Position numbers and translations under genes: made by a program. DNA of 64,000 nucleotides, from contig CBFDEM010000048.1 in assembly GCA_965603825.1 (NCBI GenBank), positions 372,001 through 436,000 on the forward strand. Direction: 5' to 3'. Each line of letters opens with the position of its first letter. Within the stretch, counting starts at the first letter, position 1. A model generated the notes under the pieces. That model searched no databases. It had not been told where the DNA came from and saw only the letters and a list, made by a program, of their open reading frames with translations. This document shows positions 1 through 11,899 of this stretch, one piece after another. The stretch comes from Blepharisma stoltei ATCC 30299. Lineage: Eukaryota > Protista > Ciliophora.

Positions 1-2
1 AA

Positions 3-593
3 TCCTCAATCCCCAAAAACGACATAAGGAGCCACTTGATTAAGCTAAAGTGCAGATATATAAATACAGCCGACAATCCTGCTGAAGAAGCAGGCATTGA
101 TGATGAAGATGCTTCAGAAAAAGGAGATCAAGGATCAAGGCGCACTAAAGAAAGAAAAATTGGCTATATCATTGAAAAAGTAGCGAGATGGAGAAACCTT
201 TATAATGGAACTATTAATGCAAAAGGGGAAACAGTCAGACTTACGCTGGAAGAAGCTGCTGTACAGGTTGGAATTTCAAAAAAATCTCTGGATGATTATT
301 TGCTTCAGCTCAGGTTTGGAAGGAAATTTGGATTTAATTTTGAAGAGCATAAAGGGGATAAAGTAGGATTATTGAGGGCTTATGTTAAAAAATATAAGCA
401 GATACAGTCAGAATTAGCAAAATTAGGGCCTGGAGATCAGCTATCGAAAGAGAACTTGGATTTGTTGAATCAAAAAGGAACGCTTGCTTGTAAAAGCCGG
501 AAGTGTTGCGTGCCACCTCCAGGAGTTCTAAAATTCAATTATCAGCAAGGCTCACAGATTGATAATGAATTTTTGAAGTTCATGAACCAGTAA
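3..593 (+). CDS. 5'-truncated conserved ciliate protein with HTH-like motif (LTLEEAAVQVGISKKSLDDY)
   Basis: Frame is open from the window start to TAA at 593. The HTH-like spacing was recognised by eye. Confidence 0.7.
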   Translation, partial: SSIPKNDIRSHLIKLKCRYINTADNPAEEAGIDDEDASEKGDQGSRRTKERKIGYIIEKVARWRNLYNGTINAKGETVRLTLEEAAVQVGISKKSLDDYLLQLRFGRKFGFNFEEHKGDKVGLLRAYVKKYKQIQSELAKLGPGDQLSKENLDLLNQKGTLACKSRKCCVPPPGVLKFNYQQGSQIDNEFLKFMNQ

Positions 594-947
594 ATCAACA
601 TTTTTAGAAAATATTTAATAGCAAGATATCATTTTAAGAGATATAATAATTAAGAGTTTGTTAAAGAAATATTGCATTTTCGAATCTTATCAATAAAATA
701 TTCAGCAAATTTCTTTATATAAAGTTAAATTTATTATGAATTGATATATTAAATGTAACTCTTTACTTAAATATCTTAGTGTGCTTGACATGTGAAAATT
801 TTCTAAGTTGGAAAAAAATTGGTATGTGGATTTATACGAATATTGAGATTTTTAATCTCAAAGTACAGAGAAAAAATTTCGCATGCCAAATAACTTATGC
901 TATTTTAAGCAAAGGATTATATTTTCTAGAAATAATAATTTAGGAAG

Positions 948-1493
948 ATGTCGCAAAGGAAACCTGCAATAGTAGAACTGAAGCCTATCGAAAGAAGATC
1001 GTATCCAAATGAGCCTGAGTATCCTGAGCAAATAGAAGAATTCAAAATCATAGATCCTCTTCTCAATCCTCCTTCAAATCGACGACCTAATAATTTATCT
1101 TCCACTCCAAATATTCCAATACCAACCCCGCTTATTCAATCTCATCCTCCATCTCCATCTCCTTATCTCAATACTTCAACACCATCCTCACAAGCTTACC
1201 CTAATCTTTTATCTCCCAGTCCTAATATTCCAATACCCACTCCACAAGCTCCCCCTCAATATTTAGGACAGCTAAGGCTAATTAAATGCTCAGTCTGCAG
1301 TCTAATGCTACAATGCTCACAAGAGGTTTGCTTTGTAGCATGCCCAAGATGTCTAAATTTGACTACAACTAAACAAATGATACCAATGATATGTACATAT
1401 TGCCGAAAACAAAGTTATTTCCCAATAGATGCTATCTCAATACGATGCTTCTGTGGGGCTATGTATTCAAATCCATATCTAAGAGCCAATTAA
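948..1493 (+). CDS. Proline-rich protein with C-terminal LSD1-type zinc ribbons
   Basis: Pro/Ser-rich N-half, then CSVC...CPRC and CTYC...CFC motifs. Confidence 0.7.
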   Translation: MSQRKPAIVELKPIERRSYPNEPEYPEQIEEFKIIDPLLNPPSNRRPNNLSSTPNIPIPTPLIQSHPPSPSPYLNTSTPSSQAYPNLLSPSPNIPIPTPQAPPQYLGQLRLIKCSVCSLMLQCSQEVCFVACPRCLNLTTTKQMIPMICTYCRKQSYFPIDAISIRCFCGAMYSNPYLRAN

Positions 1494-1509
1494 TTATGCT
1501 AAATTAAAA

Positions 1510-2517
1510 TTATATGGCTTGCTTTATATTTGATAATTTCACACTTGGGCGAAGGGCGAATAGCCTTAATGCTGAGGCTGGGTCAGTAGAGCCTGAAAGT
1601 CCAATAATATTTTGGATACCTCTAATCGTGTTCTCCTGCTCCGGTTTTGCTAAGTTTTCTACCATCTCTGCAACGTTCTTGTGAAGGTTCTTAATTTTTC
1701 TGACAAAATTAAACCCAGCAGTGAGGGCTTTTGAAAATGTTTCAGCTTCCAATAAAAAATTGTTGCTTTTTTTAATTGTGTGGCCATTTGACATGCTGTG
1801 CTGTTTTAAGCCTACTTGTACATCAGCCAGCGCCTTTTTCAATACCAGCATTTGTGGGATAGCTCTTTGTAAGCATAAAGAAAAATCATTTCAATATTTC
1901 GCTCCTTCTAACGCTTCATTTTCTAGAAGGTCTAAATTGAAGTCAATATATGGAAAAGAGCTGAGGAAAACCATTGCAGTTTTTGCATTAGGAGAGCTTG
2001 ATACGATCAATATAAGTGTCGTTATGACAACTTTTATGCAAGGACACTTAGTATAAGCACTAAACTTCTCTGCAAATTTCAGCAGATTATTATATCCTTC
2101 AAGTAGAGATATAATATTACCTTCAATATTTTGTAAATGGTCAACTAAAGCTACTGTGGCTTCATCAAGGATTGGGAGACCTGATTCACTAGGATTTAAG
2201 GCGAACATGCATTTATAAGAATCCTTATCGACTCGGATTTGTAAAATCTTCTCGTGTCAGTTTCGAAATGCTGAGTAATAAGCTTTGCTGTCAGTAAGCT
2301 GTTGTTGAGCTCCATTTTTGGAGTTTATAAAAGACAGATGGTAGTAGTCCAGGGGATCTGGATTAGAATAAATATACTTTGCTACCATTTCGACGTTTTG
2401 CTCTAAGAGGTCGTAGGATTGGGGTATTATTGGAAGGCTAAAGGTTTCATCTCTTATTAAAAGCTGAACTTTTTTGGGTGAGTAAATTTTGTTTGGTCTG
2501 CGGCAGTCATTTCCCAT
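1510..2517 (-). CDS. Hypothetical protein, 335 aa, possible N-myristoylation (MGNDC)
   Basis: Three in-frame track ORFs are joined by TGA=Trp at 2257 and 1891; ends at TAA 1510. Confidence 0.75.
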
Positions 2518-2888
2518 TTTAAATATTGTGTATCAGATTACTTTTGAATGAATAAAGAGAATTAAGCTAAATAAAGAAGAGTTGATTTTTAGAGACATTA
2601 TTGATTTTATTCAAGTAAAAATGTTATCGCTCAATTTTATTTTGTAAAAAAATAATATCCCATTATTGTTTTAGGAAATAAAAATTGAGAATTCAATCAT
2701 GCTTAAGAAAAATAAAGACTTCTGAAATTCTTTAGAAAAGAATTAATCTTTTTTATCTTAATTTACCTTCAAACCACATTAAATATTTATTCAATTAGCT
2801 TTATAGTAAATAAAATTATCATAAAAATTTTATAAGTTGGCTAAAAATACGAGTATTCAAGATCCCCCATCCTCTTATAATTTAAAAA

Positions 2889-3290
2889 ATGGATTTAAGC
2901 TATATCATTGATCAAGACATCGAAAAACTCAGCAAACTTGAAGAGCTTGGCTGCGACTTAGACGCTTTATTACTCATTGCCAAAGACTCCCTTTCTCTAT
3001 GTGATGAGCTTGGACTGAACTCTAAGCAGTCAGCTGAATTTTTGGTGCGTTTAAAAAGGGTTTACGATCAAAACCAAGGAATAATGCCAGAACCTGATTT
3101 AATCTTATATGAAAACAGCAAAAACCAAGCAAGCAGACTTAGCGTTGAAAACAAGGTCACAGGAAACACAATTTTCTTTAGATTGGAAAACCCACAAAAA
3201 GAAACATTTATTTGCGATGTATGCAACGAAGGGGGATTAATAAAAACTCAGGCAAAAACCCACGTCTCTGAAAAGCATAATACAAGTTAA
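2889..3290 (+). CDS. Small protein with C-terminal C2H2-like zinc finger
   Basis: FICDVC...HVSEKH. Confidence 0.65.
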   Translation: MDLSYIIDQDIEKLSKLEELGCDLDALLLIAKDSLSLCDELGLNSKQSAEFLVRLKRVYDQNQGIMPEPDLILYENSKNQASRLSVENKVTGNTIFFRLENPQKETFICDVCNEGGLIKTQAKTHVSEKHNTS

Positions 3291-3299
3291 TTTTAAAAA

Positions 3300-3992
3300 T
3301 TATTGTTTGATTGTTAGTTTCGAAATTCTTCCTTGTTTTTGTTTTATTATTGGAGAGGTTTTGGAGTATTCTGAAATAGGCGGAGATATCGACGGTAGTT
3401 GCTGCTTTAAATCTTCAATTATCGCTTTTTGTTTCTTCCTAATTTCTTCTGAGCGCTCATATGATTGAGTAAGAAGTTCAAAATCTTCTCTTAGAGTTCT
3501 TAGCCTAGGTTTTAGATTTTTACAGGAAATAATTTCGTTTTTTAGCTTTAAGTTTGATTTTCGTAACTTTTCATTTGATTCTATTTCATAATTTAATTCT
3601 TCTGTAAGCTCATTAAATATTCGGTGAAAGCTTTTTTTCGGCTTTTTAGATTTTTTAGGAGTTTTGGGCTTTTTATAGTGGAAATCATAGGGATCTTCAA
3701 ACTCAACTTTGGATTTCGATTTTTTAAGGCTTTTTTGGAATCTTGGGGTATTCTGGATGCTTTTAGTAGGTTTTAGCTTTTGCTCGAGTGAGATGATTTT
3801 TTCTTGAAGTTTTTCTAGCTCATTTTTAAAGGTCGCTTCAGAGATTGAAAGTGATTGGTTACTTGTGATAGTATTTGAGACTGACTTACTAGGAGAAAAT
3901 AGCTCAGACTTCAAATTGAAAACTTCTAAGCCTTTATCAAGTATTGAATGCAATTTTGATTCTTGGTCAGCTGAGATTTCAATTGATACCAT
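3300..3992 (-). CDS. Coiled-coil hypothetical protein
   Basis: 230-aa ATG-to-TAA ORF with K/E/L heptads. Confidence 0.7.
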   Translation of the reverse strand: MVSIEISADQESKLHSILDKGLEVFNLKSELFSPSKSVSNTITSNQSLSISEATFKNELEKLQEKIISLEQKLKPTKSIQNTPRFQKSLKKSKSKVEFEDPYDFHYKKPKTPKKSKKPKKSFHRIFNELTEELNYEIESNEKLRKSNLKLKNEIISCKNLKPRLRTLREDFELLTQSYERSEEIRKKQKAIIEDLKQQLPSISPPISEYSKTSPIIKQKQGRISKLTIKQ

Positions 3993-4248
3993 ATTTTAAT
4001 AACTCAAGGCAAAATAATAGGATTAATCGTTATACTTAGTCTGTGTTTATAATTCAAAATATAAAAATTCTTTCATATAATATTAAAATATTTAAAATTT
4101 GGTTGCTATACATTTTAATGAGCACCGTTTTTTAATTAAATATTTTTTAATTTTTAAATTGAAATCATTGGGCAGTATAAAGCATTTTCTGACAAAAACA
4201 TTAGAATTTTTTTTAAGCTGTTACTTTTTATTTGATATTAACAAATTT

Positions 4249-4716
4249 TTAATTTACTATTAATCGTTGAATTTTAAATCTCCCTAAGTGTTCCTCAAAA
4301 ATTTTTTCTTTCAGCTTAAGTTCATTAGATACGATTTGGCATTTTAAGCCTCTAGAGCTATTTTTGCCAGCATTTTCTCCTTCCATAGCTTGATACAAAA
4401 AATCACGCTGGCTCCCCAACATAGCAGACATTTTAGAGTTCACTTCTTGAAATACGTCGCTGTAGCTATTTACAAAAGGTTCTTTATACATATTATCACA
4501 ATTTACATGCTTTTTGGCAACTGAGTCTTTGAAAGTGACTTGCTTTTTAGGCTGAATGACTTTTTTTTCTTCAATCACTTCAGAGAGACTTACAATTCTT
4601 TTTTCAGTTCCCATGATATCACTTTTAGTGAAATCAGCTGTTGGAAATGAGTTGCACTTTTTAAGAATTGAGTTAAGTGATTGTGCTCCAAGTGATGATT
4701 TTAAAATTTGTGTCAT
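4249..4716 (-). CDS. Tandem family member 1; SILK and RVxF-like motifs
   Basis: SILKK, KKQVTFKD, and the shared helix VNSKMSAMLGSQRDFL. Confidence 0.7.
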   Translation of the reverse strand: MTQILKSSLGAQSLNSILKKCNSFPTADFTKSDIMGTEKRIVSLSEVIEEKKVIQPKKQVTFKDSVAKKHVNCDNMYKEPFVNSYSDVFQEVNSKMSAMLGSQRDFLYQAMEGENAGKNSSRGLKCQIVSNELKLKEKIFEEHLGRFKIQRLIVN

Positions 4717-5525
4717 ATTTTTTATATTAGCTAACTCAGAACACGAAAATATGGTTGAGATGGGATAAAATTAAAAAATTAATGAGTTGTCTATGCTAAT
4801 AGCTAAATTTTTAAAAAATATAGTCCCATAAGGTGACTCATTTCAGTTTTTTATATCAAACAACTTAAGCTGGCAAATGCCTTTTGCTGTAAAATGCCAA
4901 TTTGAGTTGAATATTAAAAAAGAGATAGTTGCGATGAATTTTCTTCTTTCTGATAGCAATTAGCATATCTGAGGTATAAACACAATAATATAATATAATT
5001 AGTATATTAAAGCAAAATATTAATACTGAAGCACTGACCAGACATGGCTTTTTTGGTTTTTTTTATTTGCGAAAATGTATATTTTATGTTATGATTAACT
5101 TTAAAAAATCCCATAAACTATCAGTTGAGATTTAAGACTTTAACTTATTCTAATTGAAATAGAATCTCTTAATAATATCAATTTGCTCAAAGCTGTATTA
5201 AATTCATAAGAAATCAGTGTGAATACATTATTACCTCATCCATTTTTGCATTTTTTATTATGGCTTAATTACTGATCATTTTATTAAATAGCCTATAATC
5301 AATTAGCTTAAATTGGTAATTCAATTCATTATAAACTGCAGCATTTGCAATCTATTTTCATAAAAATACTGAAAGATATTAAAAATATCACCAAAATTCC
5401 AATATCAATTTCTAAACTTTAAACTCTCAGAATCTCCTTCATATTATTGACCGTTTTATTGCCTCATCTATAAAACAACTTAAAATTCACTCTTTAATTC
5501 ATAAATTAATTAAAACTTATATACT

Positions 5526-6020
5526 TTAGATGAGTACTGAAGCGAAATGCTTTGTCATTTCATTTCTTCTAGCAATATTTTTTGAATTATTCCTATACAA
5601 TTGTAAGCCTGTATCACGATTTCTAAAGTTTTCTATAGATGGTTGCGAATCTATAAGTATTGATAGAACTTCTCTATGATTACTCAGCATAAAAGACAAT
5701 TCTTCGTTCATTTTCTGCACAATGAAGTTTAAATTCCCTTTTTTATCTCTTCCCATCCTTCTTGCTCTTTCTTCTCTAGCTTTTGCAGAAAAAGAAAAAA
5801 TCGCTCTAGAGCGAAAATGATTTTCTTGGGAATTGAAATTTCTCGGTAATTGTGGGGATTTTTCGAAATCATAAGGATGAGAGGAATTCATGATGTCTAA
5901 AAAATTTTCTTGAAGATCACTGTAATTAGACTGTGACTTTATCACATCTGGGTTATAGATCTTCTCTAAGCATTGAGTGTAGTCTTCGAGGTTGTAGATG
6001 AGTGGATGCATTCTTTTCAT
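5526..6020 (-). CDS. Tandem family member 2
   Basis: Shared helix IVQKMNEELSFMLSNHREVL and C-terminal KHFAS. Confidence 0.7.
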   Translation of the reverse strand: MKRMHPLIYNLEDYTQCLEKIYNPDVIKSQSNYSDLQENFLDIMNSSHPYDFEKSPQLPRNFNSQENHFRSRAIFSFSAKAREERARRMGRDKKGNLNFIVQKMNEELSFMLSNHREVLSILIDSQPSIENFRNRDTGLQLYRNNSKNIARRNEMTKHFASVLI

Positions 6021-6421
6021 AATGCGACTTTTGTTAGTGATGTTTATAGTAAAAAATTGAGAAAGAAAATGGAGGAGACTCGATCAGAATTCAGATTTAA
6101 AATAATATTTTTGTTTTTTTTTGATATAGTGATAAATATTGCAAAAAAGGCAAAGAAGATATTAAAGATAGTCATAAGAGTTTGGTAAGATTACTATTAT
6201 TAATTTAGGAAAGAAGATGGTAAAACAAAAGCACTCAAAGCCTTCAGGCAACTATGAGCAAATTAACTTGAATTTACCCTACATTTCATATCGTGAAAAT
6301 TCAAGATTTTTCTAAATGATGACAAATATACACTGGCTTGGATTATATAAGCAAACAGTTTGCTACAAACTAATTAAATCTATTATGTTTATTTATCCAA
6401 GAACTTTGTGTAACAATTTTC

Positions 6422-6922
6422 TTAAGAGTCATTCCGTGCTCTAAAGTTTGAAAAGTCTGTTTTGATATTTTTTTTTGTTTCTAACGGCTTTTTTACCGCA
6501 TAAGAATCAAGCAATTCATGAAAATCATTCACATTGTGAAGCCTATTAATGTCGCTGTCATCAATTATGACTGATAGTATTTCTCGTTGGCGGTCAAACA
6601 TTAATGACATTTCTGAATTCATCTTTTTAAACAAAAAATCTATGTCAGTCCTATAGCATTCCTTATGAGAATCTTTTAGGTAATTGCAAGGGAATTTTTC
6701 ATTTTTACTTTCAAGGTCTTTAAAAGAAACATGCCTTTTCGATTGTCTTGTTATTGGGAATATTAGTGATGTTCTAGAATAAGTGTCTTTCCCATCGTCG
6801 TTCTCGTTCTTTTTGGACTCTGGGTCATCAAAATAGCTCTTAAGAGCCAAGTTCTTAGACTTCTTTAGAATTGAATGTAAGTTTTTGAAGCTTGAGATTG
6901 AAGATATTGCGATTTGAGCCAT
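6422..6922 (-). CDS. Tandem family member 3; SILK and RVxF motifs
   Basis: SILKK, KRHVSFKD, FKKMNSEMSLMFDRQREIL. Confidence 0.7.
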   Translation of the reverse strand: MAQIAISSISSFKNLHSILKKSKNLALKSYFDDPESKKNENDDGKDTYSRTSLIFPITRQSKRHVSFKDLESKNEKFPCNYLKDSHKECYRTDIDFLFKKMNSEMSLMFDRQREILSVIIDDSDINRLHNVNDFHELLDSYAVKKPLETKKNIKTDFSNFRARNDS

Positions 6923-7680
6923 CCTAAAGTTGTAAGCCTGCCAGTATTAAAAATGTTTCAAATATGGTAGCAGACGATAATATGCTTTCATAGAAATTTA
7001 AATAATGATCATTTGTTAAAATTCACCGAATAAGAAAACAGCTCAAAGAAATGCGAAGGTTCGAATATAAGCTCAATAATATGAATTGGATGCAAAAGTA
7101 AAACTTTTAGCTATTTCGAGCTATTAAGGAAGTGGAAGCAGGCTACTAACTTTTTTTTTTGGTTAAATTATTTTCTTATCAAAATTCATTTTAATGGCAC
7201 ATTTTAATGCTGGAGGTATTAATTTTGACTTTAAAAAATATTTTTGGCTCTTTTGAGAGTCATTTTACTAAATTATCTTCAATTCTTAAAATGATATAAA
7301 TTTAGCAATAATGCTTATTAGTCAAAAACTATTTCTATGCTATAATTGGGCTATTTATTTGAATTAAACCTTATTTATGATATTAGATTTTTTTATTTAT
7401 CTACTATTAGTCTATTATTTAAAGGCTACTTGCATTCTCTTGGCACAATAATTTAAATGCAGATACCATAAAAATATAAGAATTATTTTTTATTATCATG
7501 CTGAGAATCAATTTTTCAGTGTTAAATTCGTCCAATGAGTTTCTTTAGGACTCTCTAAATTTTTTTCTTGCCTTGAGTTACAGTTCAAAATGGTAGATAC
7601 TTACAATATCTTGAAATAGTAATGACGTTTTAAATTTTTTTACATCACAAGAATATTTACATTATTTTAATATATACAGC

Positions 7681-8205
7681 TTAGCTTTTCATTGAAGCCA
7701 AATGTCTCTTCAATCTATTGTTTTCTAGATGAAGTTCTGAGTTATTTCCACAGAGCTCCATAAGAACACACAAGTCACCAGCTTGATAATCTTCTCCGAT
7801 GGTTTCAGCATCCATCACTAGTGAAAGCAACTTATGCTGGCTGCTAAGCAAGCTGGCCATTTTATCCCTCATTCTTTCCACAATGCAATTTAAATCATCT
7901 ACTTTCCCTATGTTAGCGTCTTCTTTCCCTATATTAGATCTACAAGGCCATGCCCAAAACGCTTGAGAGGATGACTGTGATTTCGTGCCATCTCATTCAA
8001 AGCCTTTAGGCTCATGGGTTCTTTTTAATCGAGGCGACGAATTGTGACTGCTCGGAAAATAGCTGATAAATTCATTTCAGTTCGCTCTGTTTAGCAGTCT
8101 GCTTTTTATTGGTCTACTACGTGGTAGTTCTTCTGTGGTGAGCTGCTCTATTGAATGTGTGAGTTCTTCGATATTTGAAAGGATAGGCTTTACTTTTGTG
8201 ATCAT
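7681..8205 (-). CDS. Tandem family member 4 (174 aa)
   Basis: ATG at 8205 (MITKVKPILSNIEE), two TGA=Trp codons, IVERMRDKMASLLSSQHKLL, C-terminal RHLAS. Confidence 0.65.
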
Positions 8206-8464
8206 TTTTATTTTATAAATATCCAATATGGAAATCAAAATTTTGGCTTGAATTAATATATGCTATATAAAAAAAGACTCTAAAAAATTAGGCGAGTATT
8301 GCTTGCTCAATTTATTTTTTGGCATTATGCATAATCTATGTGCAGATCTATTTTTACTACACCAGCATTATCAATTTTTTTGATAATCTCACCTAAATTT
8401 CTAAAAAATTTATATCTCTTATTATCAATCCGAATTATGATTAAAGATATTTAATTGCTACTAC

Positions 8465-9640
8465 TTATGGCTCTCTTAAGCAGCTAAAAGGAATCAACTT
8501 CTCATACTTCGTCCACGCTTTATCTTGCCTATTCAATTGCATGCTGACCATTTCACAAAGCCAAACAGTGTTCCTAATTTCTTGTTCTTTCAACTTCAAA
8601 TACGCATAAAAGCATCCATAATGGAACTGCTGGTCAAACGCCAAGCTATACTTCTTAATCCCGATCTCATACATAATATCGTCCAAAGTTTTTCTTGAAG
8701 GGTCATTCATTTCTTCTTCATTAGCAGGGTCTGCAACATTCCTCAACATCTCTATGTAAAGTGGAAAACTTTCTACGGCCGCTCTCAATGTTGTAATATC
8801 AAAAGCTCTTGATAGCTGGGCTTCATATTCTGGGTATAGATAGCCTACATTAGGGCATAAAGCTTTTCTGTCAGTTTCTCTTGCAGCTGGCTTGTTTAGT
8901 TCTTCATTGCTGATTGAGTTGTAGATGATTTGGATCGTCATACAGTCAGCTTCAAATTTTATCAAGTCTGCTAAAATTTCTTTGGAAATCCCGTTTAATT
9001 GTTTGGCAAGATCAAATAAATCTTCAAGCCACATTTTCTTTAAAGAAATTCTTAAGACCTCAGGAGTAATATCAGCAAGCTGCCTATGGACATCTTCAAT
9101 ACTTCTATTTTGCATTGCCCCTGCTTTAATTATATCTTCAAGTAGTCTTTGGAAATAATCTCCTACTGGTGTATCAATTAACACGATTTGGTAAAGTTCA
9201 GCGATATCATCGCTTTCAAATCTCAAAATCCCTTCAATACCTCTAAAATACCCTAGAGGGTCTGGCTGGGCTTGCCTTTTTCTGTTAATGTCTTTGTTTT
9301 TGATAATTTCAATCATGTTGACAACATTATCTATCATGTATTTGTGGGAGACTTTTTCTAAGAAATTGTAAAGCTGAGGAGCTGCATTGGATTTCATATG
9401 CTCAAATTCTTTTGCAAGTTTTTCCTTCATACGAGCTCTAATTACATTAGGTTGGCATGGACTTGGCTCGTTTTGGAGGAATGGTAAATAGTCAGTCTCT
9501 TCAAGAAGCATTTTGGCATCTCCTAGTGAAGCGCAGTCTTTGAGGGCGTCGTATTCTTCTTTTCTGATAAATGACATTCTCATGCCACGAATTAAAGCTT
9601 CAGCATACCCATCGTCGACGTTGAATGTAAGGAGTTCCAT
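8465..9640 (-). CDS. ATP6V0D: V-type ATPase V0 subunit d
   Basis: FNVDDGYAEALIRG, QQFHYGCFYAYLKLKEQEIRN. Confidence 0.95.
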   Translation of the reverse strand: MELLTFNVDDGYAEALIRGMRMSFIRKEEYDALKDCASLGDAKMLLEETDYLPFLQNEPSPCQPNVIRARMKEKLAKEFEHMKSNAAPQLYNFLEKVSHKYMIDNVVNMIEIIKNKDINRKRQAQPDPLGYFRGIEGILRFESDDIAELYQIVLIDTPVGDYFQRLLEDIIKAGAMQNRSIEDVHRQLADITPEVLRISLKKMWLEDLFDLAKQLNGISKEILADLIKFEADCMTIQIIYNSISNEELNKPAARETDRKALCPNVGYLYPEYEAQLSRAFDITTLRAAVESFPLYIEMLRNVADPANEEEMNDPSRKTLDDIMYEIGIKKYSLAFDQQFHYGCFYAYLKLKEQEIRNTVWLCEMVSMQLNRQDKAWTKYEKLIPFSCLREP

Positions 9641-10039
9641 ATTACTTATTTATCCAATGATAATTAAATAATATAAGAGTAATTTTGGTCAAAAGACATA
9701 ATATAAACAAAGTTTAAAATCTAATTTTTCATTATTTTTCCCAATAAATTTAATGGAATAAATATAATTGTTTATAAAGCTCAGTTTAGGCTATTTAAAT
9801 TAAGAGCTAATCTGATAACTATTTTTAAATTTTTCTTTCATTATGAGCAGAATATTTTAATTTCAGTTTTAATTATAATCATATTTTTTCAAGCCCTAAA
9901 AAATTAAAAAGGTTCACTGCTACTACTATAATTTTCACTTCCCATTATAGATTTTATAAATTTTTAATACATCTATAACTTAGAAAATGCAAATAATTAG
10001 AGCATTTATAATCCTCCAAAGATTTTTTAACAATTAATA

Positions 10040-10994
10040 ATGGAATACAAAGTCAGTTTAAGCGACATAGATATTCTCCATACTTTAGGCAAAGGTATCC
10101 ATCAATTTAGGCGCTTATGGGAGAGTAAGGCTGGGCTTTATGAAATCGATTGGTGAATATGTAGCTGTCAAGATTATTAAAAAAGCAACCATATTGCAAA
10201 AAAAAGAAGTAGAACATATCGTCTCGGAATTTACGATCTTAAAAAGAGTTAATCATCCGTTTATAATAAACTTCAAAGGCTTTAACCAAGACACCCGATA
10301 TTTATATTTTGTTTTAGAATTCATCCCAGGCGGTGATCTTTTTAAGTACCTGAGAACAATTGGAAAACTCGAAAACACCCACGCTTGTATATATGCAGCA
10401 CAAATGATTTCGGCTTTGCAATATTTGCACCAAAACAACATTGTTTATAGAGATCTTAAGCCAGAAAATATATTAATTGATGCAGATGGTTATTTAAGAT
10501 TGACCGATTTTGGATTTGCTAAAGTTATTGAGGAAAGGACTTATACTCTCTGTGGGACGCCTGAATATTTAGCTCCAGAAGTTATATTAAATAAAGGCTA
10601 TGATCAAGGCGTTGATTGGTGAACTATAGGAGTTCTTATATTTGAACTACTTGCTGGGGTTGACCCATTCAATACAACAGATCCATCAAAAATCTATAGG
10701 AAAATCCTTAAAGGAAAAATCCGGTACCCAAAAAACTTCAATCCTAGAGCTAAAAATTTAGTAAAACATTTAGTGACTTCAGATACTGCGAAAAGATATA
10801 AGATAAATGATATAAAAAATCACGCATGATTTGAAGATATTGATTGGAATCTTTTATATCATAAAAGAATAGGAATGCCGTATATCCCTGTGCTCAGAGC
10901 TCCTACAGAAAATATAAATTTCGGGTCTTACCCAGATTCAGATACTTTGGCTCCTGCTATAGCTACAGAATATGATCCTTTTATAGATTGGTAA
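10040..10994 (+). CDS. cAMP-dependent protein kinase catalytic subunit-like (AGC) kinase
   Basis: Removing the 16-nt intron 10095-10110 restores GKGAYGRV. YRDLKPEN, DFG and TLCGTPEYLAPE are present. TGA=Trp gives DWW (10620) and HAWF (10827). Ends DPFIDW-TAA. Confidence 0.9.
10095..10110 (+). other. 16-nt spliceosomal intron
   Basis: GTATCCATCAATTTAG; removal restores the frame and the Gly-rich loop. Confidence 0.9.
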
Positions 10995-11107
10995 TGTAAA
11001 TTATAAAAACTCTAATTTTTATGCTAAACTGGGATATATAGGCATAAAAATTTTTTATCATTTAGTTTTTATAAAAACTCTCAAATTATTAAGAATAGGT
11101 ATTAGTC

Positions 11108-11899
11108 TTATTCTGCGTGCTTCTTAATGAAATCAGCTTGCTCTTCTAAGATGGATTTCTTAACACCTTCTCCCTTAGGTAAAGATACCAAATGCTTTTT
11201 GCCTTTTCCAATGACAAATGCATAAGTCAGCCTAGTAGCGAACATATTTCCATGAGCATCTTTTATGTGGACAATATCGAAGCCACCTTCGTGTCTTTCC
11301 AAGTAGCTTAAAGTTCCTACTCTTCCGGTGTTTTTACCTCCAGTAACCATAACAGTGTTTCCCATTTCCATCTTGATGAAGTCGCTGATTTCTCCAGTTG
11401 CCAATTCAAGCTTGATGCTGTCGTTAATTTTGATGTCAGGGTGTGGGTATCTGAAAGTTCTTCCATCATGTGTAATAATGTATGGCACGTGGTTTGGCCC
11501 AACAATACGGTTCTTAACCTTGCAAAGCTTGAATTTTGCTTCAGCTTCGTCAATGCGGAGCACCTGAAAGCGGCCTTTGGTGTCGTAGAGGAGTCTAAAA
11601 TGCTCTTTGGTTTGAGGAAGAGATATGACATCCATAAAACCAGTAGGGTATTTTACGTCTTTTCTGATTTTTCCGTCGACTTGGACTAGTCCGTGCTTCT
11701 CTTTGACGATTAATGTGGCTTCTCTGAAGTTTAGAGCGTAGCGGAGTCTGTTGCGGAGCAAAACAACGAGAGGAAGACACTCACGGCGCTTGTGTGGGCC
11801 AGATGATGGACGAGGAGCCCAAGTTCCGCCCATTTTGCTTAGCATCCAATGATGAGGGGCTCTGATTCTCTTCAAGTGCTTCTTAATTCCTCCTGCCAT
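11108..11899 (-). CDS. RPS4: 40S ribosomal protein S4 (eS4)
   Basis: KKHLKR...[29 protein letters not shown]. Confidence 0.97.
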   Translation of the reverse strand: MAGGIKKHLKRIRAPHHWMLSKMGGTWAPRPSSGPHKRRECLPLVVLLRNRLRYALNFREATLIVKEKHGLVQVDGKIRKDVKYPTGFMDVISLPQTKEHFRLLYDTKGRFQVLRIDEAEAKFKLCKVKNRIVGPNHVPYIITHDGRTFRYPHPDIKINDSIKLELATGEISDFIKMEMGNTVMVTGGKNTGRVGTLSYLERHEGGFDIVHIKDAHGNMFATRLTYAFVIGKGKKHLVSLPKGEGVKKSILEEQADFIKKHAE

